In this document: piece after piece, positions 1-13,329 of the stretch
Layout of the letters: each line of letters starts with the position of its first letter
Numbering within the stretch: the stretch's first letter is position 1
Assembly: GCF_001194135.2 (NCBI RefSeq)
Contig: NC_068983.1
Coordinates: 417,015-480,861 of the forward strand
Reading direction: 5' to 3'
DNA from: Octopus bimaculoides
Lineage: Eukaryota
DNA length: 63,847 bases
The notes under the pieces: generated by a model
Databases searched by the model: none
Told to the model about the DNA's origin: nothing
What the model saw: only the letters and a program-made list of their open reading frames with translations
Position numbers and translations under genes: made by a program

Positions 1-135
<135 letters not shown>

Positions 136-310
136 ACATCGAAAAATACCTTAGGAATAAGAACCCAGGATCGAAATTTCCCCAAGACACCTGATGAAGG
201 CTGGAGGGTATATCAGCCGAAACGTTGTGTTAACAACAGACAAGATGAGGGCAAATATCCGTCAAATGTAAATAATGTAAATAATTCCTCATCCTTTAAA
301 TATGGAACTT
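136..310 (+). mobile_element. Penelope-like element terminal (pLTR-type) fragment
   Basis: Contains a minimal hammerhead motif, which is typical of Penelope-like element terminal repeats; abuts a microsatellite. Confidence 0.55.
187..230 (+). ncRNA. minimal type I hammerhead ribozyme (family A)
   Basis: acac-CTGATGA-a-ggctg-gagggtatat-cagcc-GAAAC-GT-t-gtgt: stem I acac/gtgt, stem II ggctg/cagcc, palindromic AACGTT in place of stem III. Confidence 0.7.
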
Positions 311-859
311 TATTATCTACAGCTTTATCGGAATATATTTCGTAACAAGAAAACAACAGATTTTATCTCACAGCGTAGCGTCTTAGGAAAATGTAATTAT
401 CAACGACTTTGAGTTGACCTATATTTTGTGAGTGAAAATGGGTAGATGGAAACTGCAAGGAATCCTGTCGGATGAATTCTTCCTGTAATTCTAGAATGCA
501 AGATTGTCATAAATTGTGTCACAACGATTCTAGTTGAGAACTACATTAAAGATACACATGTCTGTGGAATACTCATACACAAACGCACGCAGACAAATAC
601 ACACACATTTATCGTTATCTTGCGAACGTATTTAACTTTCGCCCATACATTTTTGTTGTTTCTCTGTTCAAATCGGCAGCTTGAAAAAAGAGAAAAAAGT
701 TGATAAAAGCAGTAAATATTTGAAACGCTAAAATATTATTGTAACAATTATAATTTTAGTGGAATAATATTGTAATATAATCAACGTCTTAACTGCATTT
801 TATTTTAATGTTGATATAATTTAATAATTTTTTTATTACGATAGCTTGCAGTGACCAGC

Positions 860-3500
860 TTAAGTCATATTAAATAGATTTCGAATATATTTTAGCTCAT
901 TAACTTTATCACGTGTCAGCTTCCGACGCTAAGAAAGAAAAAAATGGTAGTAAATATTTCCAAGAATATCTGAAATTTCTTTTATTTCTTTGGTCATTAG
1001 TGAGATAACTTGCATAGTATGAAAAGACATTTGGAATTGACGAAATGAAGTCTTCGAACATCTTTGATAGAAGGAAGAATTTTGGTAAGAAAACCTTCAA
1101 TAAAAATGCTAAACATTTTCAATTTGTTAAGGAATCATTCTACGTCGATGTGATTTTTTCATCTTACCATTACATATTGGCATAGGAATAGGAAAGGAAC
1201 CCTCTTAACGTCTAGCCTTCAATGACGATAAAGAATGTCGCAGACGACGGGTGAGCAAGTGGCCATAGAGGAATTCATAGAAACCGTTGAGAAGAATAAT
1301 TGTTATTCTCTTATGGTTATTCTTCATTAATGGACTGATGGAATAAAGCTGGCGGAAAGATGTTAACTTCAGTTTAAGTTTTCTATTCAACTGCATAAGT
1401 CAATGCTTGGAACTTATAATATTCTAATATATTTGGAAGAATATTTAAGAGAATATATATTTCTTCTGAACCATATTCCAGCAGCTGCTTTCTCAGTTTC
1501 CAACAGAAAACAAATTCTTAACATGTAATAATGTACAGTGTGGTGTAGACCGATTGCATTAGAAGGAAACTTAATGTTTTGAGAATATCTATCAAGTCTA
1601 TAACCAAGATAAAAGATAATCCATTCAGTTCTTGATTCTTTGCGTACGCGTGACACCCAAAAGGTTTCAAACAGCCTTCATTTCATACTGGTGATAGTTG
1701 AACTTGTTATTGTGGTGTTTCTTAATGATGTGGATGCATGGTAAATAGACGTCGACAATGTGAGTCATCTGTTTAATTATATGAGGTGTATTTTAAATTT
1801 AATGAAGTCTAAAAGCAATTGCCAAAGGAAAGTAATTAGTAGAATTCAAGTCTCAGCTTTTACGAGTAAAAGTAAAAGTATGTTTATATGAATTTCTGTT
1901 TATTGGTTGCAGCAGTTTGTTCTTTCTCAAAATTGTCATGACAGGAATTAGAAGCAGAGGCATATATTCGAGAAAACCTTCGTTCAAGAGACTTGAAGAT
2001 GTTAAATTTCCTTTTGACCATATTGAAAATGTGTTGATTCTCGATTGATTTGTTTCGGTAATCTCTTTTGAAATAACAAAAATGTGGGTGATGCGTTTAA
2101 GTTCGGAGAGCAGTTGACTGAAATAAATGTGCATCTTGAGGAGCAGTGAAAGTCATTGCAATCAGGGCAGCTGCTGACACACTTTTGTCTTGTATTTCTA
2201 AGTTTCTGCACGTTTGAAAATGGATATCCTTAGTTAAACAAGGTGTTAATAAAACGAAGAAACAGGGTTAACATCGATGAATGTGGAAACGTAAAACTGA
2301 AAATCACAACTTGCCACCCATTTGTTTTATTATATTCGATTAAATAGTATTTTATCATCTTTTTTATTTATCTCTTCTACATTAGTAAAGTAATCTAGTC
2401 TGATTTTATTTCCCTCTAAATAATACTTTGTATGTTTTCGTATCATTGAGTATATTATGCACGGTGAGGTATTATTGCTTTTTGAAATAAGTAACTAAAG
2501 AAAGTGCTTCATCAGAATTGGCCCAGGGTTACACAACAACAGCAAGATTTTCAAGCTCTTCAAACTCTTCAACTGATGACTTCCACCCATTTGCTCCCAT
2601 GTAATTGGACAACCGTCATACAAAACATTCCCATTAGTTTCTTCTGATTCATATTCTGAGACATCCCACGAATAACAACTGTTTAAAAGGCAAAAAGCTT
2701 CTGTTATTCGGTATAAAAGATCAGTTCAGAAACTTTTAAATCTGTCGACCTCGTCACAAACTGAACTATTACCAACTACAACAGCACTTTCCTATTCTAA
2801 CAATTAATCACTCTCTCAACAAAACAGTTATGTAATCTTGGAGTTTAATGCTATGAGTTTAAAAGAAGGTTCACTCATCTACTTTTAACAACGATAAAAT
2901 CAATTTATTATCGATGATAACCTATTTTAAGCAATTAAACTGATAGCAAACGAAAAATCATTTAATGAACCAATTTTTATCAACAGATATTTCAAATGTT
3001 AACCTCATCAAATGTCAGAAATTAAAGGGAAATAATTTACCTTGCAGTGAGCTGGGAAAGCAAGGGATATTAAGAACTACATAAAGCTTATACTAAAAAA
3101 AAAAAATCATCTTTTTTGATAATAATAATAATAATAATAATTAATTTTGGGAGAAGGATAGCAGTTTTGACGGAAGTTACTTTATCGACTCTGGCCGAAT
3201 GAGAGGCACAATGCCGTAGATGCAATTGTCATATGTTTTTATTTGTATTATTGATTGATCGTACTTTATTACTGATAGAGATTGATAAACGAGTGATGCT
3301 TATTCACGGAAATATAGAAAAATTTCCATTTAAGGGCGAGATTCTAAATGGGCTTAATCTTTCAGTGGGTTTAATCTTTCTGCTTTTAAAAAATAAAATG
3401 CATTTTCTCATGTCTAATTCAATGATCTCGGAATAAAAACTGAAAGGTCTTGCAGGACCACCGATAAAAATCATGGAATATTCCGAATGTCATGAAATTT
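860..3500 (-). pseudogene. decayed LRR (Toll-like-receptor-like ectodomain) pseudogene
   Basis: Hand translation across stops/frameshifts gives LRR-like pieces: IIELDMRKC, QLHLRHC, LKSLKSLKILLLLCNP, MTILRKNKLLQPINRNSY, SLRNTTITSSTITS(M)NEGCLKPF, FLTKILPSIKDVRRLHF. Confidence 0.5.
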
Positions 3501-3624
3501 CGTTAATATTTGTTCCTTTCTAAAATATTCTTTAGAATTGAGAATGGTTTCATATTCACCTTGAAATACGCATCTCACATACACAGGCACACGCGCGCGC
3601 ACATACATGCATACACATTTACGT

Positions 3625-3695
3625 AAACACACCAGCACCAGTTGTCAAGCGGTAGTAGCGGTCCAAACGCAGACACTAAGACACACACACATCTG

Positions 3696-3742
<47 letters not shown>

Positions 3743-3912
3743 ATCTATCTGTATATCTATCTTTCTGTCTGTCTGTCTATTTATCTATACATATATACGA
3801 CGGGTTTCTTTCAGTTTCCACCTACCAGATTCCCCCACAAAGCTTTGTCGGCCCAAGACAATAGTAGATGACATCTACTCAATTTTCCACGCAGTGGGAC
3901 TGAACAGAGTGT
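3625..3912 (-). mobile_element. cephalopod-type SINE, degraded, with internal (CTAT)n
   Basis: Matches copies at 30933, 47108 and 56095 (cacgcagtgggactgaac; ttctttcagtttcc; gttgtcaagcgg). Confidence 0.8.
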
Positions 3913-4439
3913 TCTAGCCACAACACAATGTCTCATCGGCAGATAATACCGCGATGACATTTTCGGACAACTGCTTTTGATGTGGTTATCTTCAGTGCGA
4001 ACTCCAGAAATTCTGCATCGCCTGTCACATTTTACTGCTTTTCCCGCATTTCTGTCCCTTTTGTGCATCAGTTATTTAGTTGATATTTCCTGTTCCTAGA
4101 TTGCAAACGCATACCCTTCAGTAACGGATTTCTTCTGCTAGCAATAAGAGAAACACCTTTTGATTATCAATGTAGCGTTGCTAAGACTGCATTACAAAAT
4201 ATTTTAAAGATAGAAGTCATCAGTTAGGAGACTTGTTGTTGCTGTTTAATTCCAGGTCAGTTATGATCCAGTACGCCTAGGGTCAAAGATATTCCAGTTA
4301 TGATCATTCCGTCGCTTTAGCAGATATCCTAAAGTCGGTTGTGTATTATTCGAGAGAAACTTAACTCCTATTCCGAGCGCAACGACTGACTAAACAGATC
4401 CTTTCCTTGTTAGCTTTTAGAAGACAAATAAGAGAACTT

Positions 4440-5260
4440 GCTGACAATGTTTGTGGAAGATTTTGGAGTTAAAACTCCATCTCCAGTAAGACAGAAGTGA
4501 GTTTCCCCAGTGAGAGGCGTTCAAAACTGGGGCAGATACATGTTTTATGATTATCCACTTAGATTAAACATATTAACTGCTTAAGAACAGACTTTAGACT
4601 TCAGAGAAAAGACAACTCTGATATTGTATTTGGTTAGCAAGACTCATAATATGAATTTGTGTGTTGAAACAAAACCTTGTTGTCATTTTGCCAGTAAAAA
4701 TTAAAGCAAACACATGCATTGTTTCAATCCCATCCTAGACACAAGATGACTTTTTTACTCTCAGATTTTACCTGCCAGAATTCTTGAAATTAAGGAAAAT
4801 TGGAAAAGTTATTACATCATTAGATAATGTGCTTAGTAGCATTTTATTTTGTCTCTCAGTGCACAGAGTTCAAAATTACTTTCCATTCTTCGCAGGTTGA
4901 GAAATGAGGGATCAATCAGTACTAGGACCAATTCTTCATTTCTTTTCTTAAAATCGGTTGTAATCTACTGAAAAGTGCCACTTTGATTTATGCATCGCAA
5001 ACTCTAATTCTATTGCACGAAGACTTTGGCAGAATGCGTGGAATCGGAAGCTAAGAAACAAAAGCAAAGTCTTTTGATGTGCAATGAGTCTGTATTCTGA
5101 TACTTGTATTCTGAACTTTAAATACTTGACACGCAGAGGAAAGAAATTGCTGTGGGTCAGGATTAAAGCAGGGTGACTGGAAACGGTAGAAAGTGTAGAA
5201 ATTGTAAGAAACTGAAGACAAAAAACAACGAAGAAGGAAAAAGAGTGACCCAACCTGTAA
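4440..5260 (-). pseudogene. decayed LRR/TLR-like fragment (one frame also resembles a TIR segment)
   Basis: One frame: VFKVQNTSIRIQ...SCNRIR..., NTQIHIMSLANQ, KQLICLI*VDNH; the ORF 4948..5253 frame gives HQKTLLLFLS...FCQS...ELEFAMH. The two readings are mutually exclusive. Confidence 0.35.
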
Positions 5261-5570
5261 CTTCTTGCGTTATTTCTATGCCCACGATGCCTGGTGGGAG
5301 GATTAAAGGGGCAGTGATATAAACGCTATTTTCTTAGTCCCCTTTTAACATAAAGAAAGAGGAAACGAGAGGGTGTATATGTGTGAGAAGCAGAGAGAAA
5401 GAAAAAGGAGAGAGAGAGAGAGAAGAAATGGTGTCTACTTGGCTGCTATTTTATCAACCTTTTTGTACGAAGATCAAAAGTGGCTTCGGTGAGATTTGAA
5501 CTCAGAGCACCAGTATGCCTAGGTATAACGATTTGACCAATGCTCCTTTTTATTCGTCGTTTTATAGCTT

Positions 5571-6500
5571 TATTGGGTCATCCCATAAATAATGCGGTTT
5601 TTTTATACTTGTTTTATTTTTCAAAATTAGGATAAACAAAGTTCCTTTATAATCTAAAATATACTCTCCTTCATTTTCTACAATGTTCTTCCATCTATCT
5701 GGTTGATGTGCAAGACCCCTCTTCCAAAATTCACTTACCCATGACGAAAAATAATTCCTCAGCACTGTTCTGACCCCGTCTGCAGAATACATATTTTCCT
5801 GTTCAAATGATTTCGAAGACAGCGGAATAAATGATAATCAGATGATGGGGCAATGTCCAGTGAATAAGCTAGGTGGAGCATCATTTCCCATTTAAACTGC
5901 TCCAGCCTTTGGAATGCCATCCTCGGTGTATGCGGCCGAGCATTTCCTGATGGAACAACATCTTTCGTCTTGAAACCAAAGATGGTCGTTTTTCTTCTAG
6001 CGCTGGTATCAATGAATGGTTGAATGACCAAATCCAAGCTTCTCTGCTAGTTCCTCAACAGTTACGATGGGATTTTGTTCCACCAGGATCTGCAGAACGT
6101 CATCGTCGAACTCTACAGATATTCCAGGAAGAGTCTCGTCTTCTAGGCTGTATTTTCCGGCTCGGAATTTCTGGAACCAACGTTGACACTGGCTTATGCT
6201 TATTGTCCGATCCTCATATACTGCATTAATATTCCTCGCACTCCCTGTTGCATCGTTACCTTTATTGAACTCATAAAGCAAAATGCGCCGAATATGCACC
6301 TTTGTCACTTTCATTATAGCTTTGAAAAAAATAACTGTTAAAATCGAACTGCACTCTTCAAAACTTGCACTAAGAATAAGGACAAGGTAAAATTACTACC
6401 TGCTTTCATAGCAAGTTGATGCAGGTAGTTTATTCCGTCCCCCTCCAACTTTTAGTTAATGCAATTGAAAAAACTACATTATTTATGGGATGACCCAATA
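5571..6500 (-). mobile_element. Tc1/mariner (mariner family) DNA transposon, internally deleted, about 930 bp
   Basis: TIRs TA|ttgggtcatcccataaataatg (5571) and cattatttatgggatgacccaa|TA (6500), TA target duplication, transposase remnants inside. Confidence 0.95.
5620..6314 (-). pseudogene. mariner transposase remnant
   Basis: HTH region ILLYEFNKG...QCQRWFQKFRAG; catalytic-region NARPH and YSLDIAPSSDYHLF (YSPDLAPSDYHLF-like); central part deleted, frameshifted. Confidence 0.9.
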
Positions 6501-6577
6501 CACTCCACACACGCATACACACACACGCGCTCACACACACACACACACACACACGCACACACACACACACACACGCT

Positions 6578-6616
<39 letters not shown>

Positions 6617-6648
6617 GCTCATTCACACACACACACACACACACACAC
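6500..6648. repeat. (CA)n microsatellite
   Basis: Directly visible next to the mariner TIR. Confidence 0.97.
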
Positions 6649-6979
6649 ATTATTCCTTGAATAATCTTAGCTTAAAAAGTGTTTACACTTACTAATACAT
6701 ATATTGATATATTGTCGAGAGATTGTCTGGAATATTCTTTCGTAATAATAAGTTTTAAATGGGGAAGAAAATAGGAAACCAGATGTCGGTGCTCTTAAAG
6801 AAATATTTACAAGCAAACCTTAAATTCATGTCGAATCATTGTATATAGTATATGTGTGAATGTACGTTGGTGTATGTATGTATGGGTCTAGGTACGTATG
6901 TATGTGTGTATGTATATGTGTATGTATTTTGAGGTGAACATGGGATTCTAAGAAATATTTTGAGAAAGAAACAAATATT

Positions 6980-8330
6980 AATGAAATTTAAAGACTCGTA
7001 GAATATTCGATGATAGTTAGCAGAAATTTTGTTTCCATTTTGTTCCAATAGAATGACAACATCACTAGTAATCAGCGGTCTGACAGGTTTATAACGGCTT
7101 GGAATTATTAAAACGTGCAACATGGCTGATATGACGTCATAGAAAACATACATATTGATGAGACTGTAGTAGTAGCAGTGGTGGTTGTGGGAGTAGCAGT
7201 AGTAGCAGTAAGCCTTTGTTACCACACAAAGAACATTGATCATGTAGATAAATCACCGAAAAACAGAAGCGAAATTTTACTACAAAGAAAAAAAAAATCA
7301 CGTTAAAATTTTCTGTTGCCATAGCGACCGGAGTTTTCTCGTCAATTGATAATTTCACTTGTGGAGAATAAATCTGTTATTAATCCTGGTTTCTTGTCAA
7401 GATTTATGTTTTGCTAGTTTGGATGTTCTAAGATAAGAATTACCAGTAATAACTTAATCTATTATAGATTTCAAAGACAGGTTTGTTAGAGAATTAGGAA
7501 ACGGAATTTATTGGCAATTGTAAAGGTGTTTGGAACTGTTTCTTCCAAATTTTTCTTTGAACATTGAATTTGAAGATCTCAAACGTTAAAATATTTACAA
7601 AATCTAAAACTACAAAAATACCTTTTTTACGGAGAACTTTGCAATGATAAATGAGTTAATAAAGAATTAAATTACGGCGATCATGTTCATTAGGATGTTT
7701 AGATTATCTTTTAATAAATCATCTTATAGATAATTGTCTATCGATGGTAATATTCCAGGTTAAGAACTGAGATGGTGTATTCTTCGTATGTGCCATTCTC
7801 TTTGGTTACCAGAGGAACATAAACTATGTATACAACACACTGGAACCGTGGTCGCAAACATAGATTCTAATACTCTGCAGAGTATTTTAGAGAATTCTTT
7901 ATCACTGCAAATTACTAAGTTCTTGAAATTCGTCCCTTATCTAAATTTGTGTCGGTCAGCAGCACGAGTCGAATTTTATATTTTTTCATTGGATTTTCAA
8001 CCAGACAAGGTATTTTAAGGGATAAATTCTCAGATTTAGTGGAGAAGAAGAGTTTCTGAAGAGAATTAGAAACAGAAATGATATGAAGAAATGACCACCA
8101 CCTGCACTCGGTCTCCAGTTACAGATTAACGTAGAGAGATTACATAAAGAAATAATGAATTTGTGTCTCCAGACAGTCGTAGTAATTCCTTCTAATAGAC
8201 CAAACATTTAAAATATTTAATCTGAGATAGCTTTTCGTTTGAGAAAATATTAAAAGGTTCAAAGACTATGGTTAATAAATTGATCACAAAAGTATGAATA
8301 ACTAGTCAGAGGTTGGTGACTTTAATCAAA
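6980..8330 (-). pseudogene. decayed LRR/TLR-like fragment interrupted by a (TAC/TGC)n-like tract
   Basis: Pieces SLCNLSTLICNW, (T)KNTP/ISVLNLEY, FPNSLTNLSLKS, LRTSKL/ANINL, VILLEQNGNKISANYHRIF; many stops. Confidence 0.38.
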
Positions 8331-8664
8331 CGCTTATTCCATGCCAAGGTGTCAGTGGTAGAAAACACCTCAGATTATCAAGATAAAGTAAAATAGTTTA
8401 TTTCTTGAAGCACTTGGAATGTTTTCTTAAAAAAAAAGATGCAAATCTATTTAAAAAAAAAAGAAACAATTTTTAAAAAAACAAACATTGAAGAAATGAA
8501 GAGTTGAGATTAATCAGTCAATAAAAGTAACTTTAAAAACAACGTTATTTTTAGGCCAACTTCATATTTTCTAAGCATTTCTTATTCACCCAGAGTTTTC
8601 GTGCTTCACTGAACCTTATCTGCTTTCTAAAAAACAAAAATCTTATTAAAGATATTTTTTATTA

Positions 8665-8775
8665 ATACACACACGCGCGCACCGACACACACACGCAGAC
8701 ACACACACACAGACACACACACACACACAGACACACACACACACACACAGACACTGACACAGACAGACAGACACA

Positions 8776-8846
<71 letters not shown>
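8665..8846. repeat. (CA)n / (CAGA)n microsatellite
   Basis: Directly visible. Confidence 0.97.
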
Positions 8847-8851
<5 letters not shown>

Positions 8852-9489
8852 GTTGGTGGAGCGATCTAGCTTGTACTTCAGGAAAGCAGGTTGCCAACTT
8901 TAATTATCAGCGAAGTGTGTGTATTCCAAGTAGCAGAAGGATTGACATGTGTTTTACACTACTTGAACAAACCAATATCTACGATTATCTTCAATATCTC
9001 TCAGATGTAATCGACACCTTATCATGCAGAAATATTTGATTGGAACTGTGAGATCGATATCACTAAGAATTTCGATAAATTTAACGAATTTAAGAAGTAA
9101 ATGATTTTAAAACCTCTCACAACGTGCTCCAATTACAAAAAATCAATTAGATAAGATATAAATTGACATTTCCTATTACAACAGGAAGTGACATGAGGGT
9201 GATTTAGCTACTAGTTCTATATTAAAGAAATGGCGGAATAGATCGTACTAGTAAGTAGTTATACTGTTATGCTTAATGTGATTTCACTGTCTTGGCTTCT
9301 AATTTCACTGAAAGCGATCAAATTGTTCCTGTGGTTGTGTTTTAATAGCTATGAGTAAAGGATCAAATTCATTGAGTGATTTATAAACAAAACCTTTCTA
9401 CCGAGTTCAATGAAGTCAATGATCATCAGTTTTGTATCTTATGGAATCTCAATAAAATAGATTTAGATCCCTTGTTAAATATCTATTTT

Positions 9490-9612
9490 ACTCAGCCTCA
9501 AAGTTGGTGGGCACATGCCTAGCTGCATGTTTAAAGTCTTTTGTTTTAACAACTACGTTGTTTAGTGTTCAGTTCCACTGCTTGCCACTCCATCCCGGTG
9601 TCTTCAACCATA
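9490..9612 (+). mobile_element. old SINE fragment
   Basis: gttcagttccactgc...gtgtcttcaaccatag resembles the SINE head region seen in better copies. Confidence 0.5.
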
Positions 9613-9619
9613 GTTGATC

Positions 9620-11200
9620 AAAGCTTCGAAAATGACAAAAATGATAAACAGAAGAAACTGTGAGGAAGCAACTTTAAAAGGTCGTTACTATTGTTGTATA
9701 ATTAAATTAATCTGTGTCCTGATTGAACAGCCTTACTTCCTGGCACTTGGATGATTCAGACAACTTCACTGCATTATAAAGATTAGTTCCAAATCTTTGA
9801 TCGAGGGATTATTTCCTGCTATTTTGGAAATCCTGGAATTAGTCATCGCGACTTCTTTTCCTCTTACGATTAAGAGTCACAATAATTTTTGTTGGAATAA
9901 AAGACATTTGTAGTAAAATTTTCAGATGATAACAATATAGATAAACAGTCATAAAAAATGTTTAAAACAGCAAATATCAAAGCTGTATATTTATTTGTTT
10001 GAACTAGAAATAATGTTGGAAATTGTGTTAAGGATATCGGATGGGAATACAAACACTTTGATTCTAATATATTGCGTATTATTTAAAAATCTGTGTCTTC
10101 CTAAAGAAATATTTAATATTCTTGGCAAAACCCAACAACATTGCTGTTTTATCATCGATCTATAGACAATAAGCAACAACTAAAGAAATTAAAACCGAAT
10201 ATATGCAGAAACATTGTTAATTAAATGAAGGTTATTACCAGAAGTCTTGAAATAATTTCTAAATCAAATAAAGAGCAAATTTGTTGGTTTTATTGCAGGT
10301 CAATCGTGAATCTGCCGACCAAGAGCCAAAAGCACCTCTTGCGAGACTGTGGGATTACATAGTCTATTTAAGAAGAGATAGCGACTATGTCTAGAAGGTC
10401 AGGTGCCCCACCCCGCCACCATAGAAGACCTTAGTGTTATGTTGTGAACAATGAAATGATATTGTTATGCGTGGAAGAAAAGATTTTATGTTTAAAACAT
10501 AACGGCTTTAGTTTAAAAAAAGAGTTGTGGTAAGAGAGATTTTAGAATGTTTGTTAAAGACGTTCTATGAGGAAGAATGGTCACAATTGTAATCATTGGT
10601 GTTTGGAGAGAAGAAATATTGATGAAAACAGACATTTAAGTTGTTAGAAAGAGAAATGAAACACTGTGTGTCCGGCATAATTTAATGATTGAATCACTGG
10701 AAATGAAATCTGTCGATTACATATATTTAGGCCCTGTTCGGAAAATGAAGAGTTCAAAAGCATCAGTAACCCGAACGTAATTTAGCAACTAATTTTCAAA
10801 CAATTTAAAAGAGTTACTTTGTATAACGTTGAAACACATTGAAATGAAATTTATCAATCAGAAATTGGATAATTAGAATTAAAATAAGTTAATTTCGGAG
10901 TTCAGAGATTGGAAACATGTTTCCACATACAACAATGATATGATTTAGGTGTGGTTACCTTGAAGTTAATTATCATTTGTATAACACTTCAACTACAAAG
11001 ATTTTATTAAAACTATTCTACCTTATAAGAGTAGAAGGTTTGGCAAGTTTATTGGTGTTGGTTATTGCTTGAAACTTGGGAATCTCTGAACAACGCAACA
11101 ACTTTTAATAAAATCTGGTTTGGAACATGACCATAAAATAGACGTGTCATATTTAAAGTTGCTTCTGTAATTCCATAATATCGATCATATGAATTCGGTA
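9620..11200 (-). pseudogene. decayed LRR-like remnants, interrupted by another repeat near 10280-10450
   Basis: Pieces NVIQSNSFKLFEN, SLTNILKSLLPQL, SLTQFPTLF...LSILLSSENF, NPSIKDLEL; hydrophobic signal-like SVLISLVVAYCL. Confidence 0.3.
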
Positions 11201-11421
11201 CATGAGCACACGCAACTCTCTTGTGTGTTTGTAAGCTGCGTGTGTATGCGTGCATGTGTGTTATATATGTGTAAGTGAATGTATACATGTTTGTGTAGCT
11301 GTATGCACATACGTGTGTATGCATATACGTGTATATGAGTTTCGGTCACTTCCGAAATGTAACCGCACGTGCACTGTAGGTGATTTTCCTTATTTTTCCT
11401 TCTTTCTCTTTGGATTTTCCA

Positions 11422-11456
11422 CTTTCTGACGAGGAGCTATGCTAGAAACGTTAGCA
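11422..11456 (+). ncRNA. minimal hammerhead ribozyme motif (family B), probably decayed
   Basis: CTGACGA-g-gagc-tat-gcta-GAAAC-GTT-a; same family as 62610; stems imperfect. Confidence 0.5.
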
Positions 11457-11565
11457 ACAACTCTTTCCCTTTATCGAACATCTAATTAATATATTCCTTG
11501 TGAACGTCCTCACGTTCGTTTTTTTCCTTTTATTTCTGTTTTTTTAATTGTTTGTTTATTTGTAT

Positions 11566-11600
<35 letters not shown>

Positions 11601-11603
11601 CTA

Positions 11604-12428
11604 GGAAAAATGCGAGCAAGAGACATAATATTCTTAAGATTATAAATCTGGAAAAGTTCAGGACAAGTTATTACATCTGGTAAAGCACAGAACAAGAACA
11701 TTTTTACTTAAAAAATTGCACCTAGAGATAAAATTTCAAATAAGATATTTAGATTTAGAAAATATTAGCTTTTATTAAAACTAAAAATTGTATTACAAGT
11801 TATTCTATTTGTTATCACTTGTTAATATGAAATATAAAATAACTCAAAATATTTTTTGCACTTAAAAAAAATTCATTTTTTAAATCATTAATTAATAATT
11901 AGAAATTTGAAAATAATTTATAAAGAATGATACTAGCACATAATTAGTTAATACAATAGATAAAATACAAAAATTAGTTATATATTACAGTGAAATTTAC
12001 CTATAACAACAAATTCACAGTAAACTTTACTTGAGTTATTGCCTAAGTTATTGCCAAATCTTCACATTTTTAGTATTGACCCAATGCCTATTTTTACATA
12101 ATGAATTTGCCTACCTATTCTACTTTGCATAAAACGTTAGCTATATTAGTACTTCTAGCTCTCCTTTTTAATATATTCTAGAGTATCAATATTTTTACAA
12201 AATGATGGTACCTTTTGAACTATAACGTTATTTTGTAAATTAAAATCAAATAATTTTTAATACTTAAATTTTATCCTTAGCTGCAATTTTTTTAGATAAA
12301 AATTTTCTTCTTCTGTATTTTACCAGATGTAATAATTTGTCCTGAACTTTTCCGAGTGTAAGAACTTGTCCTGTACTTTTCCAGATTTATAATCTTAAGA
12401 ATATTATTTCTCTTACTCGCATTTTTCC
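11604..12428. mobile_element. AT-rich foldback/MITE-like element with about 140-170 bp terminal inverted repeats
   Basis: Left ggaaaaatgcgagcaagagacataatattcttaagattataaatctggaaaag... pairs with right ...cttttccagatttataatcttaagaatattatttctcttactcgcatttttcc; non-coding interior. Confidence 0.8.
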
Positions 12429-13192
12429 ATGTAATCCATATTTTTTCCAGGCTGTGCTATTATACTTATTAATAACCGGACTGTGTTTATATGATATAAT
12501 TGCATTAATTAATACAGATGACGTAATTAAACTAATTGCAAATTAGCGGTGTCATTGATAATTTCTTCCTTATCTTAATGATGCCGGTGATACATATTAA
12601 AAGTCCCCTTATAGAACTATATTCATAAAAAAAGTATAGAACTATATCATCACTCTCAAATTTTGGAAAAAAAAACACTCAAGTGTTTTTTTTTAAAACT
12701 TCATTGCACAAGATTGATACCATGAAATTCCTCGAATTAAGCTCTATCATTTAAGCTTAATTAAAATATAGGTTGCTTTTAAATAAAAAAGTTAATTATA
12801 CTTAGATCCAAGTTTTTGCCTTATAATGTTTTCGTGATATTTTATCTCACAACATTTTTGATACAAGTCTTTGTTGCATGGGATCAAAACTATGAAACTT
12901 CTCATACTTTCTACTATCAATTGAAGCTAAGATAAATATATTTTGCTTTTAAAATAAAAAAAGAAGTTATTTAGATCTTCACTAGACTGGAGGTGTTTAC
13001 TTACTCTCCTATAACGTTGCTACAAATTTTGATGTAAACCTTTTCTACTGGACCAGATCTCAATTATTTACGCTAAAATGTAGCCAGACACCAGTCCTCT
13101 TTTAAAATGTTAACAGGTTTCAATTTGGTAAAGAATTGAATTAGCGACAAAGCTCTGAAGATGATGTGTGTGAGTAAATTGCGGCCTTAAGA

Positions 13193-13226
13193 ATATCATT
13201 CAACTACTACCGTAGTTGAATGATAT
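13193..13226. other. perfect 15-bp stem hairpin with 4-nt loop
   Basis: atatcattcaactac-tacc-gtagttgaatgatat. Confidence 0.92.
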
Positions 13227-13247
13227 AACTTTGATAGGTTTCAGCCA

Positions 13248-13283
<36 letters not shown>

Positions 13284-13293
13284 NNNNNNNNNN

Positions 13294-13327
<34 letters not shown>

Positions 13328-13329
13328 TA

